From an uncultured Oscillospiraceae bacterium (GTDB lineage: Bacteria > Bacillota > Clostridia > Oscillospirales > Oscillospiraceae), in contig CAJTWF010000003.1 of assembly GCA_910579965.1 (NCBI GenBank), positions 308-64,307 on the forward strand: a stretch of 64,000 nucleotides of DNA, given 5' to 3'. Both the position numbers and the translations under genes were made by a program. Below are positions 59,627 through 64,000 of the stretch, piece after piece (position 1 is the stretch's first letter; the number at the start of each line of letters is the position of its first letter). Below the pieces are notes generated by a model, which saw nothing but the letters and a program-made list of their open reading frames with translations, did not search any database and was not told the origin of the DNA.

Positions 59627-60220
59627 CTAGAGCATATGGCCGGCGGTGCCGGACCGCAGCGGATTCGGGTAATTGATGGAGAGCAGCTCCGCCACCTTGT
59701 TGGTATTGTTGGCCCAGTTGTGGGGCTGGTTGGAGTGGATCTGTACGCTGTCCCCGGGATAGAGGGTGTAGCGGCTGTTCTCCACCCACAGGGAGACGAT
59801 CCCGGTGAGCACGTAGATGAACTCCTCCCCGGTGTGGGCGTACAGCTCCGGCACCAGCGTATCCGGATCGCTGAAGGGCATCAGCAGAAAACGCCGTGGC
59901 AGAAAGTCAAAGGCCTGGGTGTCGTGGCTGAGGATGCTCTGGATAATCTGGGGGCTGACCATGGTTTGATGGGTGCTGAAGCTGTGGACCACCGGGTCCT
60001 GCCGGTCCGGCGGCTCGGTGTCAAAGAAGGTGGACAGGGGGACCTCCAGGCACTTTGCGATTTTCGCCAGGGAGTCCACCGCAACGGAGGAGATCCCCCG
60101 CTCGATCTGGGACAGGAAGCCCACGGAAAACCCGGTGAGGTCCCCCAGGTTCTTCAGAGTGTACTTCTTTTCTGTGCGCAGCGCTTTGATCTTTGCGCCA
60201 ATGGTCTGATTGGGGTCCAT
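59627..60220 (-). CDS. XRE-family HTH plus cupin-domain transcriptional regulator
   Basis: Start ATG 60220 (MDPNQTIGAKIKALRTEKKYTLKNLGDLTGFSVGFLSQIERG). C-terminal cupin (HTGEEFIYVLTG...YPGDSVQIHSNQPHNW). Confidence 0.85.
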   Translation of the reverse strand: MDPNQTIGAKIKALRTEKKYTLKNLGDLTGFSVGFLSQIERGISSVAVDSLAKIAKCLEVPLSTFFDTEPPDRQDPVVHSFSTHQTMVSPQIIQSILSHDTQAFDFLPRRFLLMPFSDPDTLVPELYAHTGEEFIYVLTGIVSLWVENSRYTLYPGDSVQIHSNQPHNWANNTNKVAELLSINYPNPLRSGTAGHML

Positions 60221-60368
60221 ACCGCGTCTCCTGTTCTTTTGGATAATTCCATTATACTTGATTTTCCTCTGGCTGTCAACGAGGAGAAGCCGGGCCGGGC
60301 AGAACCGGATCCGGCGGCCCGGGGCGGGTTGACTGCTAAATATCAAAACAAACCGTCAAATTCTATGG

Positions 60369-60396
60369 TTGACAACCGGGAGGATTGCAGTACAAT
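60369..60396 (+). promoter_or_regulatory. candidate promoter of the glycyl-radical operon
   Basis: TTGACA, 16 nt, TACAAT, about 48 nt upstream of the activase start. The leader contains a small hairpin ATGAAC-GCAG-GTTCAT. Confidence 0.55.
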
Positions 60397-60443
60397 GAGA
60401 ATGAACGCAGGTTCATATTTATGAAAACCAAGGAGGGCAGTAG

Positions 60444-61334
60444 ATGGGAGCGCCGCTGGTATTCAATATCCAGAAGTACGCCATCCACGACGGCGAGGGC
60501 ATCCGCACCACGGTCTTTTTCAAGGGCTGCCCCCTCTCCTGCCGGTGGTGCCACAACCCGGAGAGCCAGCGCTGGCAGCGGGAGCTGATGTTTCACAGAG
60601 ACCGCTGTACCGGCTGCGGGGCCTGCGCCGCCGTCTGCCCGGAGGGGGCGGCCCAGAGCGGGGAGGGCTGCGCCGGCTGCGGGATCTGCGCCGGCGCCTG
60701 CGTCCACGGAGCCCGGGAGCTGGTGGGCCGGGAGTATCCCCTGGAGGAGCTGGTCCGGGAGCTGGAGAAGGACCGGATGTTCTACGAGCAGTCCGGCGGC
60801 GGGATCACCCTCTCCGGCGGCGAGGCCCTGGCCCAGGACATGGACTACATGGAGGAGCTGGCCCGGCGGCTCTGCGGGAGGGGCTACAGCGTGGATTTCG
60901 ACACCTGCGGCCACGTCCCCTATTCCCATTTCCAGCGGGTGCTGCCCTACGCGGACGCCTTTCTCTACGACCTCAAGCTGCTGGATCCGGCGGACCACCG
61001 GCGGTACACCGGCGCGGACAACCGGCTGATTCTGGAGAATCTGAGGCGGCTGAGCGCGGACGGGGGGAAGATCAACCTCCGCCTGCCGCTGATTAAGGGC
61101 GTGAACGCCAGTGATGCGTACATCCGCCAGATCACGGCGTTTCTCAAGGCGGAAAATATCCGCGTCTACCGGGTGAATCTGCTGAAATACCACGAGACCG
61201 GGCGGGGCAAGTATGAAAAGCTGGGAAAAATCTATGACCAGGCGGGCATGGCCCCGCCGGAGGACCAGTGGCTGGAGCGGGCGGCGGACATGTTCCGGCA
61301 GGACGGATGGACAAACATTCATATAGGAGGTTAG
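60444..61334 (+). CDS. glycyl-radical enzyme activating protein (radical SAM, with auxiliary ferredoxin-like clusters)
   Basis: 296 aa. GCPLSCRWCHNPE radical-SAM cluster, then CTGCGACAAVCP and CAGCGICAGAC auxiliary motifs. RBS AAGGAGGG. Confidence 0.9.
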   Translation: MGAPLVFNIQKYAIHDGEGIRTTVFFKGCPLSCRWCHNPESQRWQRELMFHRDRCTGCGACAAVCPEGAAQSGEGCAGCGICAGACVHGARELVGREYPLEELVRELEKDRMFYEQSGGGITLSGGEALAQDMDYMEELARRLCGRGYSVDFDTCGHVPYSHFQRVLPYADAFLYDLKLLDPADHRRYTGADNRLILENLRRLSADGGKINLRLPLIKGVNASDAYIRQITAFLKAENIRVYRVNLLKYHETGRGKYEKLGKIYDQAGMAPPEDQWLERAADMFRQDGWTNIHIGG

Positions 61335-61338
61335 ACCA

Positions 61339-63729
61339 ATGGCGGAGAGACAGGAGCGGGGCATGAACGAGCGCATCCGCAGGCTGAGAAGGCTGAGCGT
61401 GGAGACCCAGCCCCATATCGACATGGAGCGGGCCGTCCTGGAGACGGAGGCCTACCAGATGTACGAGGGCAGGGTGTCCGTGCCGGAGCTGCGGGCCCTG
61501 ACGCTGAAGCATATCTTCACCCATAAGACCCTGTACATCGGCGAAGGCGAGCTGATCGTGGGGGAGAAGGGGGCCTGTCCCCAGTCCGCCCCCACCTTCC
61601 CGGAGCTGTGCTGCCACACCCTGGAGGACATGCGCAACATGAACGACCGGGCGGTGGTCAACTTCACCGTCACGGAGGAGGACCTGAACATCCAGCAGGA
61701 GAAGATCATCCCCTACTGGGAGGACCGGTCCATGCGCCGCCGGATCCTGGACAGCATGTCCCAGGAGTGGAAGGACGCCTATGAGGCCGGCATCTTCACC
61801 GAGTTCATGGAGCAGCGGGGCCCCGGCCACACGGTGGGCTCCGCCAAGCTCTACGAGAAGGGATATCTCGACTACCAGGAGGACATCCGGGCGGCCCTGG
61901 CCAAGCTGGACTACGAGAGCGCAGATGCGGAGGTCCTGAACCGGCGGGATCAGCTCAACGCCATGCTCATCGCCTGCGACGCCATTATGATCCTGGGCAG
62001 GCGCTACGGGGAGCTGGCCCGGAAGCTGGCGGCGGAGTGCCGGGACGAGCAGCGGAAAAAGGAGCTCCTCCAGATCGCCGCCAACTGCGACGTGGTCCCC
62101 GCCCACAGGCCGGAGACCTTCTATCAGGCCATCCAGACCTACTGGTTCACCCATCTGGCGGTGACCACGGAGCTCAACCCCTGGGACGCCTACTCCCCCG
62201 GCCACTTTGACCAGCACCTGGGCCCCTTCTATGAGCGGGACACCCAGGCGGGCCTCCTCACCCGGGACCAGGCCCTGGAGCTGATGGAGTGCCTGTGGGT
62301 GAAGTTCTACAACCAGCCCGCCCCGCCCAAGGTGGGCATCACCCTCAAGGAGAGCAGCACCTACACGGACTTCGCCAACATCAACACCGGCGGCATCACC
62401 CCGGAGGGGGAGGACGGGGTCAACGAGGTGTCCTACATCATCCTGGACTGCATGGACGACCTCCAGCTGGTCCAGCCCAACTCCAACGTGCAGATCAGCC
62501 GCAAGAACCCCCGGCGGTTCCTCAAGCGGGCCTGCGAGATCTCCCGCAAGGGCTGGGGCCAGCCCGCGTTCTACAACACGGAGGCCATCATCCAGGAGCT
62601 GATGAACGCCGGCAAGACCCTGGAGGACGCCCGGAAGGGCGGCTGCTCCGGCTGCGTGGAGACCGGGGCCTTCGGAAACGAGGCCTACATCCTCCAGGGC
62701 TACTTCAACCTGCCGAAGATCTTTGAGCTGGCCCTCTTTGACGGCGTGGATCAGATGACCGGCAGACAGCTGGGCCCCCGGACCGGCAGGGCGGAGGACT
62801 TCCAGACCTTTGACCAGCTCTGGGACGCGTACACCCGGCAGATCGAGTACTTTTTATCTGTGAAGATTCGGGGCTCCAACATCATCGAGGCACTGTACGC
62901 CAAGTATATGCCCGTCCCCTTCCTGTCCATTCTCACCAACGACTGCATCGCCAGCGGGAAGGACTACAACGCCGGCGGCGCCCGGTACAACACCAGCGTC
63001 ATCCAGGGCGTGGGCGCCGGCACCATCACGGACTGTCTGGCTGCGGTGAAATATCATGTGTACGACAACCGGAGCTTCACCATGGCGGAGCTGCTCTCCG
63101 CCATGAGGGACAACTTCCAGGGCCACGACCGCATTCTGAATCTGGTCCGGAACAAAACGCCCAAGTACGGCAACGACGACGACTATGCGGACGGCCTCAT
63201 GCGGAAGGTGTTCAACTACTTTGTGGAGAGCGTCAGCGGCCGGCCCAACATGCGGGGCGGCACCTACCGTGTCGACATGCTCCCCACCACATGCCATATC
63301 TATTTCGGAGATGTGATGATCGCCAGCCCCAACGGCCGGCTGGCCCACAAGCCGGTGAGCGAGGGCATTTCCCCGGAAAAGGGGGCCGATATCAACGGTC
63401 CTACCGCGGTCATCAAGTCCTGCGCCAAGATGGACCACCTGAAAACCGGCGGAACCCTCCTCAACCAGAAGTTCACCCCCGCCGTGGTGGCCGGGGAGGA
63501 GGGGCTGGACCGGATGGCGGATCTGGTCCGCACCTACTTCGACATGGACGGCCACCACATCCAGTTCAACGTGGTAGGCCGGGAGACCCTGCTGGCCGCC
63601 CAGAAGAACCCGGAGGAGTACCGCGATCTGATCGTCCGGGTGGCCGGATACAGCGACTACTTCCGCAATCTGGATAAGCCGCTCCAGGACGAGATCATCG
63701 AGCGCACCGAGCAGGACTTCGGCTGCTGA
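61339..63729 (+). CDS. glycyl radical enzyme of the 1,2-eliminase/dehydratase group, probably trans-4-hydroxy-L-proline dehydratase-like
   Basis: 796 aa. Single-Cys loop GCSGCVETG (Cys439, Glu441). Glycyl radical motif IVRVAGYSDYF (Gly770). Long blocks (WVKFYNQPAPPKVGITLKESSTYTDFANINTGG) that I recall from HypD-type enzymes. Confidence 0.85.
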   Translation: MAERQERGMNERIRRLRRLSVETQPHIDMERAVLETEAYQMYEGRVSVPELRALTLKHIFTHKTLYIGEGELIVGEKGACPQSAPTFPELCCHTLEDMRNMNDRAVVNFTVTEEDLNIQQEKIIPYWEDRSMRRRILDSMSQEWKDAYEAGIFTEFMEQRGPGHTVGSAKLYEKGYLDYQEDIRAALAKLDYESADAEVLNRRDQLNAMLIACDAIMILGRRYGELARKLAAECRDEQRKKELLQIAANCDVVPAHRPETFYQAIQTYWFTHLAVTTELNPWDAYSPGHFDQHLGPFYERDTQAGLLTRDQALELMECLWVKFYNQPAPPKVGITLKESSTYTDFANINTGGITPEGEDGVNEVSYIILDCMDDLQLVQPNSNVQISRKNPRRFLKRACEISRKGWGQPAFYNTEAIIQELMNAGKTLEDARKGGCSGCVETGAFGNEAYILQGYFNLPKIFELALFDGVDQMTGRQLGPRTGRAEDFQTFDQLWDAYTRQIEYFLSVKIRGSNIIEALYAKYMPVPFLSILTNDCIASGKDYNAGGARYNTSVIQGVGAGTITDCLAAVKYHVYDNRSFTMAELLSAMRDNFQGHDRILNLVRNKTPKYGNDDDYADGLMRKVFNYFVESVSGRPNMRGGTYRVDMLPTTCHIYFGDVMIASPNGRLAHKPVSEGISPEKGADINGPTAVIKSCAKMDHLKTGGTLLNQKFTPAVVAGEEGLDRMADLVRTYFDMDGHHIQFNVVGRETLLAAQKNPEEYRDLIVRVAGYSDYFRNLDKPLQDEIIERTEQDFGC

Positions 63730-63774
63730 GCCGCCGTCCTCCAGAGCAAGCCGGTTCCCGCACAGACAATCTGC

Positions 63775-63811
63775 GGGGCTGCGGAGATTTTCCGCGGCCC
63801 CGCGGTTTTTT
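63775..63811 (+). terminator. intrinsic terminator after the glycyl radical enzyme gene
   Basis: GGGGCTGCGGA-GATT-TTCCGCGGCCCC (one G-U pair), then GCGG and TTTTTT. Confidence 0.7.
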
Positions 63812-63835
63812 ATTCACAGAGGCCCGTTGTTGGCG

Positions 63836-63877
63836 TTGACATTTTCAATAATTTCATTATAATGAAATTATTGAAAA
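63836..63877 (+). promoter_or_regulatory. promoter overlapped by a 36-bp perfect palindrome (operator candidate)
   Basis: TTGACA (63836), 16 nt, TATAAT (63858). TTTTCAATAATTTCATTA/TAATGAAATTATTGAAAA (63842-63877) is a perfect palindrome covering the spacer, the -10 and the +1 region. Confidence 0.6.
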
Positions 63878-63916
63878 TTTAGCGCATTATTGTGAAAAGT
63901 CAGGAGGGAAGAATCA

Positions 63917-64000
63917 TTGCTGCTTGACCAGATATTTCGCGGAGCCTCCCCCTCTGCGGGGAAGCTGATCGCGCAGTTCTGCCAGAGGGAGGGGGTGACA
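63917..64000 (+). CDS. possible 5' end of an unidentified gene running off the window
   Basis: TTG 8 nt after AGGAGGG. Open to the window end (LLLDQIFRGASPSAGKLIAQFCQREGVT). Too short to classify. Confidence 0.3.
   Translation, partial: MLLDQIFRGASPSAGKLIAQFCQREGVT

Noticed and set aside
1-64000. tRNA, rRNA, tmRNA, RNase P, transposase, integrase, prophage or toxin-antitoxin/defence gene signatures
   Set aside because: I inspected all intergenic gaps longer than about 100 nt and all ORFs. None showed cloverleaf-type structure, IS-type terminal repeats with a transposase, or recognisable defence-system domains. The absence is based on visual inspection only, and a tRNAscan/Infernal run would confirm it.

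Overview
This is a 64-kb chromosomal window from a high-G+C organism with GGAGG-type ribosome-binding sites. The gene content is anaerobe-style: glycyl radical enzyme, indolepyruvate:ferredoxin oxidoreductase, NifS/NifU, and a 2x[4Fe-4S] ferredoxin. It looks like a gut Clostridia/Oscillospiraceae-like genome, but that is inference only. I support about 60 protein genes. I saw no rRNA, tRNA, CRISPR array, transposase or integrase. All family names below come from reading motifs by eye, not from database searches.

Gene map, left to right:
- pcp / GyrI-like / M29-like / DUF979 / DUF969 operon (118-4083, minus strand).
- S-component-like / DUF4430 / metallophosphoesterase / ParB-like-BMP fusion operon (4305-7834, minus).
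- Rrf2-nifS-nifU (8131-10551, plus).
- A tightly packed, roughly 23.5-kb, 20-gene Wzx/Wzy-type polysaccharide locus (10661-34139, minus).
- Acyl-CoA synthetase / Na+-solute symporter / iorA / iorB operon (34648-40278, minus).
- DUF3796-XRE pair and an RluA-family gene (40577-41857, plus).
- A roughly 460-bp AT-rich island with phased TGGAA / DnaA-box-like iterons (about 41860-42320).
- Histidine utilisation operon hutH-hutU-hutI-ftcD-cyclodeaminase (42364-48932, minus).
- A small P-loop-like gene and a ferredoxin.
- clpC plus a large membrane protein (50086-54407, plus).
- M29 aminopeptidase, aldose epimerase, cheY-cheX-fapA and an XRE-cupin regulator (54601-60220, minus).
- Glycyl-radical activase plus a HypD-like glycyl radical enzyme (60444-63729, plus).

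Most interesting observations:
1. A Wzz-like co-polymerase is fused to a degenerate GGDEF domain (GGGQF). The polysaccharide locus has no BY-kinase or phosphatase, but it does carry a DivIVA-like coiled-coil protein and a membrane metallophosphoesterase.
2. A signal-peptide-less protein fuses a ParB/Srx-like domain to a BMP-family domain, and heads an uptake-like operon.
3. A nested-palindrome intergenic repeat occurs twice (47231-47357 and 54417-54597).
4. The AT-rich iteron island.
5. Several long perfect palindromes sit at promoters or between operons.

Many long ORFs in the six-frame track are antisense artefacts of the high G+C content and were rejected.
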